A stretch of DNA of 64,000 nucleotides from Actinomycetaceae bacterium (lineage in GTDB: Bacteria; Actinomycetota; Actinomycetes; Actinomycetales; Actinomycetaceae), in contig JAUNVG010000001.1 of the NCBI GenBank assembly GCA_030537735.1, positions 238,160-302,159 of the forward strand, in the 5' to 3' direction. This document shows, one piece after another, positions 10,589 through 19,581 of the stretch. Each line of letters opens with the position of its first letter. The first letter of the stretch is position 1. Under the pieces are notes generated by a model that was not told the DNA's origin, did no database searches, and saw only the letters and a list, made by a program, of their open reading frames with translations. The translations under genes were made by a program, and so were the position numbers.

Positions 10589-11653
10589 GTGATTAATAAA
10601 ATGACCGCACCTAAACCGTCCATTCTCAGCGGAAAGAACCTCGCCAAACTAGCTGCTGCCTCCACCGCAGCGATCTTTGGGGGGATGTACTACTACAGTC
10701 AGATGACCGGGCAAGCAACCCCGGAAGAAAAGGCTTTCACCTACCCCGGCGATGACCTCATCGACGCCAACTACAAGCACGCGTATTCTTCCACCTACGC
10801 CATCACCATCGACGCCCCCGCCTACGCTGTCTACCGCTATTTCAAGCAGATCGGCGCCCAGAAAGCAGGGTCCTACAGCTCCGAATTCTTAGAACGCATC
10901 TTCGCGCGATTGCCGTTCTACAACTACTACGAACTGCAAGAAGAATTCCAACAACCCGACTCCCTAGTAGCCGGAGACATCGCCGCCTTCGACTTCCACG
11001 GCATGTCCATGGAATGGGTCGACATCGTCCCCGGCAAATACGTGGTCTCTTGGGTAGACACCAAGATGCCGCCCGCCGCCCCCGGATCATTTGCCTTCCG
11101 CTTCCCCTTCATGGACCACTTCGCCGCTGCCTGGTGCTTCTACATGGTGCCCCTCAAAGGCGAACGCACCCGCCTCATCAACCACTGGCGCATCGGCTAC
11201 GAACCGGCGAATTTCCTCACCAAAGCCATCAACTGGCTCAACATCGAACTCGTCGGTGGCTGCATGACGAATATGCAAAACACCTACATGAAACGCACCG
11301 TGGAGTTTCGCAAGAAGGAACAGTGGACCGGCAAATTCATGCGCGGCGTACTGGGAGGAAAGTTCTTCTCCGGAGGCGCACCCGCCTCGCGCTGGAGTGA
11401 CACCCCACTATTCGAAGACACCTACACCCAGTGGTTCCGTTACGGGCGCCAAAACCCAGCCTCCAGCGAAATCCGCCCAGCCCGCACCGAAGACCCGAAC
11501 TGGCCACCCACAGCACCGGGAACCCCCTGGGCGGAGGAAGTCGACTCGGAGTACTTCGAAGGCTGGACCGAACCGGAGTTTTCCTGGGATGAACAGATCC
11601 GCCAGAAGATGGAACGCACCTACCTGCCCAACTGGGGCAAAGAAAACAAGTAG
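10589..11653 (+). CDS. Membrane-anchored SRPBCC/START-like protein with Trp/Pro-rich C-terminal tail
   Basis: N-terminal hydrophobic anchor LAKLAAASTAAIFGGMYYY. The pattern ITIDAPAYAVYRYFKQIG..GSYSSEFLE ... VAGDI ... CFYMVPLKGERTRLINHWR resembles actinobacterial SRPBCC proteins. Start may be GTG 10589 or ATG 10601. Confidence 0.5.
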   Translation: MINKMTAPKPSILSGKNLAKLAAASTAAIFGGMYYYSQMTGQATPEEKAFTYPGDDLIDANYKHAYSSTYAITIDAPAYAVYRYFKQIGAQKAGSYSSEFLERIFARLPFYNYYELQEEFQQPDSLVAGDIAAFDFHGMSMEWVDIVPGKYVVSWVDTKMPPAAPGSFAFRFPFMDHFAAAWCFYMVPLKGERTRLINHWRIGYEPANFLTKAINWLNIELVGGCMTNMQNTYMKRTVEFRKKEQWTGKFMRGVLGGKFFSGGAPASRWSDTPLFEDTYTQWFRYGRQNPASSEIRPARTEDPNWPPTAPGTPWAEEVDSEYFEGWTEPEFSWDEQIRQKMERTYLPNWGKENK

Positions 11654-11671
11654 GGAAAGGGCGATGCCACT

Positions 11672-12664
11672 ATGATCGCGCCACTGGTCACCGACCTTAC
11701 ACCGACCTATCCCACCCTATTCTTCTTCGAAGTGGGGGAGTGGGCGGACTACCTGGGGCTAATCCTGGTAACCGCCGGACTGGCCTTCGGAGCATGGCTG
11801 ATCAAGCGCTACAAATGGGCGGTATTGGTGTTCTTCATCGCAGCCCCACTACTGCTTACTATCTTCTGGTGGCCGTACTCCACCGAAGGCACAACCACCG
11901 CCGGGTGGTTCCCGGTGGTCAAGCACTACTCCGCGCTCTTGGGTTCGCTTTCATTAGTGGCATTGCAGTACTTCCCGAAGCTGCGCAACAAGTACTGGTA
12001 CCTATGCCTGCCTCCGCTGCTGCTAGCGGTCAATATCTTGGAGGCAGTGGTGCGCGACTTCCAATGCTTCTTCGTTTACGGACCCGACCCGAACCAAGGT
12101 GGCATGCTCACCCTGGGTGGGGCGTGGAACATCATGAACGGGGTAGCGGGGATCTTAAACCTGCTGGCCATCTCCGGCTGGGTGGGGATATACGTACTGA
12201 AGGGACGTTCCAAGGCGATCATTTGGGGTGACCTCACCATTTGGTGGATCATCGCCTACGACTTGTGGAACTTCGCTTTCGTCTACAACTGTATTTCCGA
12301 CCACGCTTGGTACTCGGGGCTGGCACTGCTGGCATCGTGCACCATTCCGGTACTGTTCAAACGCACTCGGGGATCGTGGATCCAATACCGGGCGTACACG
12401 CTGACGCTTTGGACAGCGTTCGTCCTCACCTTCCCCACGTTCACCAACGCCACCATCTTCGAACACCGCTCCTCCCACAACGAGGTAGCCCTGTTCCTGG
12501 TGTCGTTTGCCTCCCTGGCGGCTAATATCGCAGTATTTGCCTGGCATGTCTACCGCATTCGTCGCCACCGGCTCAACCCGTTCAAGGACGAGATCTACGC
12601 CGGAACCAAGGCCTACGAAACCCCGCGGATAGTTGGAGAGGAAGAACGCGTCCTCGCCGCCTAG
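11672..12664 (+). CDS. Uncharacterised Trp-rich polytopic membrane protein (paralog of 9003..10367)
   Basis: GGGAAAGGG Shine-Dalgarno 18 nt after the previous stop. Paralogous motifs GWFPVVK, NILEAVVRD, GGAWNIMNGVAGILN and IIAYDLWNFAFVYN. Confidence 0.6.
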   Translation: MIAPLVTDLTPTYPTLFFFEVGEWADYLGLILVTAGLAFGAWLIKRYKWAVLVFFIAAPLLLTIFWWPYSTEGTTTAGWFPVVKHYSALLGSLSLVALQYFPKLRNKYWYLCLPPLLLAVNILEAVVRDFQCFFVYGPDPNQGGMLTLGGAWNIMNGVAGILNLLAISGWVGIYVLKGRSKAIIWGDLTIWWIIAYDLWNFAFVYNCISDHAWYSGLALLASCTIPVLFKRTRGSWIQYRAYTLTLWTAFVLTFPTFTNATIFEHRSSHNEVALFLVSFASLAANIAVFAWHVYRIRRHRLNPFKDEIYAGTKAYETPRIVGEEERVLAA

Positions 12665-12685
12665 ACAGCGGGCGTGAGGTAAAGC

Positions 12686-12733
12686 AAAATCCCCGCGATA
12701 TCGACTTTTCGTTGACATCGCGGGGATTTTCTT
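12686..12733. terminator. Bidirectional intrinsic terminator hairpin
   Basis: AAAAT-CCCCGCGAT...ATCGCGGGG-ATTTT. A-tract and T-tract flank a GC stem between the membrane gene (+) and tRNA-Pro (-). Confidence 0.6.
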
Positions 12734-12737
12734 ACTG

Positions 12738-12811
<74 letters not shown>

Positions 12812-12935
12812 TGTCAATCATTCGTTGAATGCGACAGATTGATTCTAGCGCACCCAAACCTAACTTAGCCAATCCGCAAACCTTGACCCCGCTCACATTA
12901 CCTGCTTTGCGCCCTGACGCTGATAGCATCGAAAC

Positions 12936-14072
12936 ATGCAATGCCAGTACTTCGAAGCCAACCTATGCCGATCCTGTACCTGGTTGGAAAAACCCTACCC
13001 CCAGCAGCTCCAAGACAAGAACGCGCATTGCCAATCCTTACTGCCGCAAGTGCCTGAAAAGGCCTGGCTCCCCATCCAGCCCTCCCCGCAGACAGGGTTT
13101 CGAAATAAAGCCAAACTCGCCGCCGGTGGACGGGGCGGAGACCTCACTTTGGGGATAAACACCCTACACGGGCCGAACCAGGATCTACAGCACTGCCCGC
13201 TTTATTCACCGCCCATGCGCTCCCTCATTCGCGACCTGGCGCGCTGGCTGAATTTTCTGGGCATTTCCCCCTATGATCTGCAAACCCGCAACGGGGAGTT
13301 AAAGTACCTGATCGTCACCGAAGGAGCCGACCACCAGTTCCTGGTGCGCCTGGTGGTTCGCTCCCACTACTGGCTGGGAAGATTGCGAGCACAAGTGCCC
13401 ATGCTGCAACAGCAGTTTCCTGAGGTCGTGTCCTGGTCGGTAAATATTCACCCCGAACACGCCGCTACCTTGGCGGGGGAGGAAGAACACGTCCTCGCAG
13501 GCGGTTACGTACCCGTCAAATTCGGTGAGGTGACGGTATTATCCAACCCTGAAAGCTTCTTGCAGACCAATACTTTCGTCGCCACCGCACTGTACACTCA
13601 AGCCACTCGCTGGCTCGCAGCACTGGGAGTGAGTCGAGTACTGGATCTGTTTTGCGGAGTCGGCAGCTTCGCCCTCGCAGCAGCCAAAGCCGGCATCACG
13701 GCTCACGGCGTGGAAAGTGATCCCAGGGCAGTAGAAGCCGCGCAGATGAGCGCGCAGCAGGAAGCCTTAGCGGCTGCTTTCACCACTGCTGATGCCACTA
13801 ACACGCTCACCGAGGCATTGGAAAAGGCCAACAATCCGCAGGCCGTAATCGTCAATCCGCCCCGGCGCGGCATCGGGGCGGCACTGGCGACGGATATCAA
13901 CAACTCCGGCGTACCCTACGTGCTGTATTCTTCGTGTAATCCGCAGTCTTTCGCCCAGGATTTGACGCAGATGACGAACTACCGGGTGGTGCGTATTCGC
14001 CCATTTGACATGTTCCCCCACACCGCACATGTGGAGACGCTGTCTTTAATGACACGGACGAAAAACGGGTAA
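12936..14072 (+). CDS. rlmC: 23S rRNA (uracil-C5)-methyltransferase, RlmC/RumB-like
   Basis: N-terminal Fe-S Cys motif MQCQYFEANLCRSCTW. SAM motif DLFCGVGSFAL, NPPRRG, and catalytic YSSCNP. Confidence 0.75.
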   Translation: MQCQYFEANLCRSCTWLEKPYPQQLQDKNAHCQSLLPQVPEKAWLPIQPSPQTGFRNKAKLAAGGRGGDLTLGINTLHGPNQDLQHCPLYSPPMRSLIRDLARWLNFLGISPYDLQTRNGELKYLIVTEGADHQFLVRLVVRSHYWLGRLRAQVPMLQQQFPEVVSWSVNIHPEHAATLAGEEEHVLAGGYVPVKFGEVTVLSNPESFLQTNTFVATALYTQATRWLAALGVSRVLDLFCGVGSFALAAAKAGITAHGVESDPRAVEAAQMSAQQEALAAAFTTADATNTLTEALEKANNPQAVIVNPPRRGIGAALATDINNSGVPYVLYSSCNPQSFAQDLTQMTNYRVVRIRPFDMFPHTAHVETLSLMTRTKNG

Positions 14073-14108
14073 AACCCAACCGGGATTTACTAACAGAGGC
14101 GGACTTTT

Positions 14109-14867
14109 ATGAGAATTCACGAATTCGGGCCGGACAAGGCCCCGAAGGTCGTACTGCTGCACGTAGCTGGCGCCCGCTGGGACTACTTCGAATACGTGGT
14201 CGCGCTTTTGGAAAACGACTTCCACGTCCTCGTGCCGGCTATCCCCGGATATGACGAAACCGATCCAGAGCTAGACTTCACCAGCGTCGAAGACATAGCC
14301 ACCAACCTGGCTCGGCAGCTACAGGCAAGGGGGATCGAAACTATAGACCTACTTTTGGGATGTTCGATGGGTGGTTCCATTGCCTTAAAGATGGCAGCGG
14401 AGCACAAGGTAGGGGTTCGTAACTTAGTACTCGACGGCGCCATATTGCCCTACCAGTTACCTTGGCTCGCGACCCGCGCCATCGCCGTTAGGGACTTCCT
14501 CATGGTTTCGGCAGGAAAGTACGCGGCAGTGACAGTCTTGGAAAAGGCTTTCGCCACCGAGCAATACAGCCGCGAAGACGTTGAATACATCAAGGAAGTA
14601 CTAGGTTCGATGAGCGCTCGCACCATTTGGCGCACGTTCGAGTCATGCAATAACTACACATTGCCGCCGCGGCTCCCACACTCGGTCGGCTACGTCGAAT
14701 ACTGGTACGGCGATAGGGAAGCCAGAGCCAGGCGCAGCGACATTCGCTACCTTAAACAGGTCTGTGCGCAGGCAAAGATAATCCGCATCCAAGACCGTGG
14801 GCACTGCGCCACCGCCACTTTCTTCCCCCAGCAGATGGCTGCGCGTATACGCAAACTAGTGCCATAA
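14109..14867 (+). CDS. Alpha/beta-fold hydrolase
   Basis: Nucleophile elbow GCSMGG (GxSxG), late His (DRGH), and typical length. Confidence 0.7.
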   Translation: MRIHEFGPDKAPKVVLLHVAGARWDYFEYVVALLENDFHVLVPAIPGYDETDPELDFTSVEDIATNLARQLQARGIETIDLLLGCSMGGSIALKMAAEHKVGVRNLVLDGAILPYQLPWLATRAIAVRDFLMVSAGKYAAVTVLEKAFATEQYSREDVEYIKEVLGSMSARTIWRTFESCNNYTLPPRLPHSVGYVEYWYGDREARARRSDIRYLKQVCAQAKIIRIQDRGHCATATFFPQQMAARIRKLVP

Positions 14868-14907
14868 TTTCAATGTCGGCTAAGAACTTGAAGCTAGTAG
14901 GATCGCT

Positions 14908-15897
14908 ATGTGCACCACCTTTTGTTACCGCCCCCAGGCTGTTAAAGGCGCCTATTTCGGGCGCAGCATGGATATTGACTGCTCCTTCGGTGAACATCTT
15001 GTAGTGTCCCCACGCGCGGCTAAGCGCAGCTACAAGCACCTGGACAATCCTCCCACCACCCAAATGTCACTTATGGGGATGGCTTCAGTGGTGAACGAAA
15101 CCGCGCTTTATGCCGAGGCGATTAGCGAAAGTGGCCTGTACTGCGCGGGTTTGAATTTCCCCCGCACCGCCCACTACGGCAAGCCTATTTCCGGGGCCAT
15201 TAACCTGGCGCCCTATGAGCTAATTCCCTACCTGCTTACCCAGGCGCGCGACCTGAACCAGGCTCGTGAGATCTTGCGTCAAGTTAACCTGTGCGACACC
15301 GCATTCATGCCGGGGCTACCGGTTGCCCCCATGCATTTTTTCCTCTCCGACGGTGGCAATCACCTGATTATCGAACCGCAGGCCGATGGCATTCATATTT
15401 ACGAGGACGACCTGGGCGTCCTTACCAATAACCCGCCGTATCCGACGCATCGGGCGAATATTGAAAACTACCTGCACCTGTCGACAGCCAATCGCGGTGG
15501 GGGAGTGATCGAACCGACCGCCTACGGAGAAGGCCTTGGCTTAGTGGGGCTTCCCGGCGACTTTTCCCCCATGTCCCGGTATGTGCGGACCGCGATACTC
15601 AAGGCGGCGGCGCAGCAGGTGCCTGCACAGCACTCACCTGAGCCTGTTTTCGAAGTACTGCACCTGCTGCACGCTGTGGCCATGGTGCGCGGCAGTGTCG
15701 TGACCGCGGCAGGAAATTACGATATCACCCGCTACTTCGCTTGCTTCGGGCAAGAGGACTTAACCTGTACCTTCCACACCTACGACAACTTCCAACCGTA
15801 CGCGGTAAGGTTACGCGACCATGACCTCGACTCCAGTGACTTAGTGGTCTACCCACTGCCCGAGGCAGGTGAACTGCCGACACCGCCTCGTAAGTAG
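14908..15897 (+). CDS. Choloylglycine hydrolase family Ntn hydrolase (bile salt hydrolase / penicillin V acylase type)
   Basis: Starts MCTTF (Cys2 nucleophile) followed by FGRSMD, closely matching the MCTG...FGRNMD N-terminus of characterised BSHs. Confidence 0.8.
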   Translation: MCTTFCYRPQAVKGAYFGRSMDIDCSFGEHLVVSPRAAKRSYKHLDNPPTTQMSLMGMASVVNETALYAEAISESGLYCAGLNFPRTAHYGKPISGAINLAPYELIPYLLTQARDLNQAREILRQVNLCDTAFMPGLPVAPMHFFLSDGGNHLIIEPQADGIHIYEDDLGVLTNNPPYPTHRANIENYLHLSTANRGGGVIEPTAYGEGLGLVGLPGDFSPMSRYVRTAILKAAAQQVPAQHSPEPVFEVLHLLHAVAMVRGSVVTAAGNYDITRYFACFGQEDLTCTFHTYDNFQPYAVRLRDHDLDSSDLVVYPLPEAGELPTPPRK

Positions 15898-15908
15898 ACC
15901 CTAAATTT

Positions 15909-17897
15909 CTAGATCGCGCGGAACGAAAGCTGTTCGGCTTTCTTCGCCCTGCCTGCTTGGAACACGATTGCCACGGTAGCTATCGCCACTCCAATCAAGT
16001 CGGTCATGGTGTTAGGCGACATCATCGATAGCGCCGCGACGAAGAACAGGATGCGGATGCACCACGGGATCTGCACCATCAGGTGTCCTTCCACTGCCAC
16101 GGCCAGCATGAGCACCCCGAAGATCGCGGTCAAGGTCACGGAGATCACTTCAGTCCACGATCCTTGCATCAGCAAAGCTGGGTTCAGTACGAACATGAAG
16201 GGAATGATGTAACCAGCTAGTGCCAGGCGCATTGACTGCACTCCTGTGCGCATGGGGTCTGCTCCCGATAGTCCTGCGGCGGCGAAGGAAGCCAGCGCCA
16301 CCGGTGGGGTGATGTTCGCGAACAGGCCGAAGTAGAAGACGAACATGTGAGCAACCAGCGGTTCTACCCCCAGTTCACCTAAGGCTGGGGCCGCCATGGT
16401 GGCGGTAATGATGTAGGTGGGGATGGAAGGCAGTCCCATGCCCAGGATGATTGAGGCAATCATTGTTAGGAACAAGGAGAACACCAGGTTGCCGGCACCG
16501 AAGGCTACGATGGCGTGGGCTAGTTTCACGCCGAATCCGGTGAGGGTTACAACCCCAACGATAATCCCAACGGCCGCGCACGCTACCGCCACTGACACAG
16601 CTGTCTTCGCACCGTCTTCGAGGGAGTCCACAATGTCCTTTGGACTCATACGGGTGGCGGGCCGCAGTTCGGCGACCACCACGGTGAGAAGGATGGTGAG
16701 TAGCGCCGAGAATAAAATGGTGCGCCCGGAAAAGAACAGCATGTAAATCAAGAACGCCAGCGGGATAAGCAGGTGCCCGCGTTCACGCATTACTTCTTTC
16801 ACTGCCGGCAGGTTTTCGCGCGATATACCCTTCAGGCCGCGGCGAGTGGCACGCAAGTGCACTTGGGCAATGATTCCCAGGTAGTAAAGCAGCGCCGGGA
16901 TAATGGCGGCCAAGGCGATCTGGTTGTAGGGGATCCCCAGGGTTTCAGCCATAATGAACGCCGACGCGCCCATAATGGGTGGCAGGATTTGCCCACCTAC
17001 CGAGGCGGTGGATTCAACCGCGCCGGCAAATAGCGGTCGGTACCCTACGCGTTTCATCAGGGGGATGGTGAAGGCACCGGTAGTTACCACGTTGGCCACG
17101 GCCGCGCCGTTAATGGATCCTAAGAATCCGGAAGCCAGCACTGCCACTTTCGCCGGTCCGCCACGCGATTGTCCGGCGAGGGCGAGGGCGAAGTCGTTGA
17201 AGAACTGTCCCATACCTGACTTTTGTAGTACCGCCCCGAACAGTACGAATAGGAATATGTAGGAAGCTGACACGGCGATGGCGGTGCCGTAGACACCTTC
17301 GGCGGTGAGGTAGAGGAAGTTAATCATGTCCCCTAGTTCGTAGCCGCGGTGCCGGAAGGTGCCTGGCACCATTCGACCAAACAGGCCGTAGCCGAGGAAT
17401 ACTAGCGCCAAGATGGGAAGTGCCCAGCCGGTAAGACGCCTCGCTGCTTCGATGACGAGGACGATGAGGATGGCACCGAAGACAATGTCACTGGTGGTGG
17501 GTTCCCCGGCTCGGCGGACAATGTCGGAGTAGTTAGCCACTACATAAACCGCGGTTGATATGGATGCCACGATTAACACCAGGTCATACACGGGGATCTT
17601 GTAGCGGTTGGCGCTCTTATACGGCGGGTAAAGGGCGAAGCCGAGCGTCAAGATGGCGGCCACGTGAATGGCGCGGTGCTGCAGTATCGGTGGGGTTCCG
17701 AAGTAGGAGGTGTACATGTGGTAGAGCGAAAGCATGATAGCCACTATCGACACTGCGGTAGCTGCAGGCTTCCATTGGATTTCGCGCAGGCGGGATTCGC
17801 GATCGAACTTTGCCAGTACTTCCTTCGTATCTGGGGTGTGTTCTTCGCCTGGTTCTATTTCAACCTCAAGATCGCGTGGCGGGCGGTTTTCACGCAT
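15909..17897 (-). CDS. TRAP transporter fused permease (TAXI type)
   Basis: 662-aa polytopic protein adjacent to DUF1850 and a TAXI receptor. Sequence typical of fused DctQM-like permeases. Confidence 0.85.
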   Translation of the reverse strand: MRENRPPRDLEVEIEPGEEHTPDTKEVLAKFDRESRLREIQWKPAATAVSIVAIMLSLYHMYTSYFGTPPILQHRAIHVAAILTLGFALYPPYKSANRYKIPVYDLVLIVASISTAVYVVANYSDIVRRAGEPTTSDIVFGAILIVLVIEAARRLTGWALPILALVFLGYGLFGRMVPGTFRHRGYELGDMINFLYLTAEGVYGTAIAVSASYIFLFVLFGAVLQKSGMGQFFNDFALALAGQSRGGPAKVAVLASGFLGSINGAAVANVVTTGAFTIPLMKRVGYRPLFAGAVESTASVGGQILPPIMGASAFIMAETLGIPYNQIALAAIIPALLYYLGIIAQVHLRATRRGLKGISRENLPAVKEVMRERGHLLIPLAFLIYMLFFSGRTILFSALLTILLTVVVAELRPATRMSPKDIVDSLEDGAKTAVSVAVACAAVGIIVGVVTLTGFGVKLAHAIVAFGAGNLVFSLFLTMIASIILGMGLPSIPTYIITATMAAPALGELGVEPLVAHMFVFYFGLFANITPPVALASFAAAGLSGADPMRTGVQSMRLALAGYIIPFMFVLNPALLMQGSWTEVISVTLTAIFGVLMLAVAVEGHLMVQIPWCIRILFFVAALSMMSPNTMTDLIGVAIATVAIVFQAGRAKKAEQLSFRAI

Positions 17898-17899
17898 TC

Positions 17900-18370
17900 C
17901 TACTCCTTTACTGACAGCTCCACAAAGGCGTGGTGCTCAATATCTTCGCTGCGTATCAGGTGCTGTCCCACTCGCAGGCTGTGTTTGGTGTGGTGGGAAT
18001 GTATCCACCGAACCTGTGGCATGGGGCGGTGGATTTGGCGGACATGTATCACACCGTCCTCGATAGAGGTAACGCCACCGGGATCGGCGGGCACCCCGGC
18101 TCCGTATCCGCGTAAGGTGATTTCTTCAAGGTAGAGTTCACTGCCTCCAACCACGTAGGTTTCCGTCCATGGTTCGTGTTCGATGGAGTGGATCCATGAC
18201 AGTGTTGCGCTCAATCCATCTTCGGCCTTAACGCAGTAGTAGTCTTCCCCGGTGCGCTGGTTGGTTACGCATAGCTGCGGATGGGGCTGCCTCATTAAGG
18301 CAGTGAGGATCACCGCCACCGTGATGGCAACGGTGATCCCCACGATGGATAGGGTTTTACTTAAGCGCAC
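17900..18370 (-). CDS. DUF1850-domain protein (TAXI-TRAP associated)
   Basis: Small protein with an N-terminal TM helix, located between the TAXI receptor and the permease. WIHSIEHEPWTE motif resembles DUF1850. Confidence 0.65.
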   Translation of the reverse strand: MRLSKTLSIVGITVAITVAVILTALMRQPHPQLCVTNQRTGEDYYCVKAEDGLSATLSWIHSIEHEPWTETYVVGGSELYLEEITLRGYGAGVPADPGGVTSIEDGVIHVRQIHRPMPQVRWIHSHHTKHSLRVGQHLIRSEDIEHHAFVELSVKE

Positions 18371-19358
18371 CCTTTTCCTTGAAGTACTTCACTGCGCCGG
18401 GGTGCAAGTCCACGGCCAGACCATCTTCGATCGAATCCAAGGTGATCTTGGTGGCCGCCTTGTGCGCCTGGTGGATACTATCTAGGTTTTCGAACAGTGC
18501 CTTGGTGATGGCGTAAACCTGTTCGTCGCTGAGGTCGGGGGACACTAGCAGCTGGTTAGTGATGGAAGCGGTAGGCACGTCTTCTTCCTGGTCGTAGGTG
18601 CCACCGGGAATGGCGTCTTGTTTGAAGAAGGGGTACTTCTCAATCAAGGCTTTCATCCCATCACCTTCAATCGGCACGATAACGACGTCATGAGAAGTCA
18701 CTAGATCCATAACGGAGGAGTTCGGCAGCCCCGAGGTTACGAACGCCGCGTCAACTTGGCCGTTCTTCATCTGGTCAATGGAATCTGCGTAGGACAGGAA
18801 GTCTTCTTCAATGTCGTCGTATGACATGCCGTGGGCTTCTAGGATCATCTGCGCGTTCAGCTCCACCCCGGAGTTTTGGTCACCTACACCGATACGTTTG
18901 CCTTTCATGTCAGCTACTGACTTGATGCCTGACTGTTCGGTGGTGACGATTTGCACGAAGTTCGGGTAGAGCGCGGTGATGGCTTTGAGGTCTTTGAGCT
19001 GTTCCTTGCCTTCGAAGGGTCCGGTGCCTTCTACTGCTTGACGGGTGGCATCACCCATGGCGAAAGCGATTTCGGCCTTGCCACTGGTTATGAGGGTTAT
19101 GTTTTCCACCGAGGCTCCGGTTGCTTGCACGGAGGAGTCGGCTCCTAGTTGGTCTTTGAGTACTTGCGCCATGGTGGCGCCGATTTGGTAGTAGGGGCCG
19201 GAAGTGCCACCGGCTGCAATGGTTACGAAGTCAACTGAGGCTTGTGTTCCACCATCGGAGGATCCGCCGTTTCCAGATGAGGAGGGGGCGTCTGCTGAGC
19301 AGGCCGATAGGGTCACAGCCGCGCTGGCGGCGAGGGCTAGTAGTACGCGTCGTCGCAT
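18357..19358 (-). CDS. TAXI-family TRAP solute-binding lipoprotein
   Basis: Lipobox LALAASAAVTLSAC and motif AAGGTSGPYYQIG typical of TAXI receptors. Confidence 0.85.
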   Translation of the reverse strand: MRRRVLLALAASAAVTLSACSADAPSSSGNGGSSDGGTQASVDFVTIAAGGTSGPYYQIGATMAQVLKDQLGADSSVQATGASVENITLITSGKAEIAFAMGDATRQAVEGTGPFEGKEQLKDLKAITALYPNFVQIVTTEQSGIKSVADMKGKRIGVGDQNSGVELNAQMILEAHGMSYDDIEEDFLSYADSIDQMKNGQVDAAFVTSGLPNSSVMDLVTSHDVVIVPIEGDGMKALIEKYPFFKQDAIPGGTYDQEEDVPTASITNQLLVSPDLSDEQVYAITKALFENLDSIHQAHKAATKITLDSIEDGLAVDLHPGAVKYFKEKGALK

Positions 19359-19581
19359 AGCTATCTCCTTGTGGTCGTTGGCTAAGGGAATATGTCAAGT
19401 CACTGACACAAGGGGCCGAAACGGGACGTTCGACCTATGGCATTTACCATGAGCGCCAAACTAACAAGCATCGCCGACCTGGGCAAGAGATAGTCCAACT
19501 GGTGATATGCGATTTCCTATACTGTTACCAATTTGTTTGTTAAGACAACGATTTCAATGCGCTGATACCGGCGCAACCACT

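Noticed and set aside
12829-13158. 109-aa ORF overlapping the rlmC 5' region.
   Set aside because: It is out of frame with the well-supported RlmC N-terminus (MQCQYFEANLCRSCTW) and its composition is Pro/Ser-rich.
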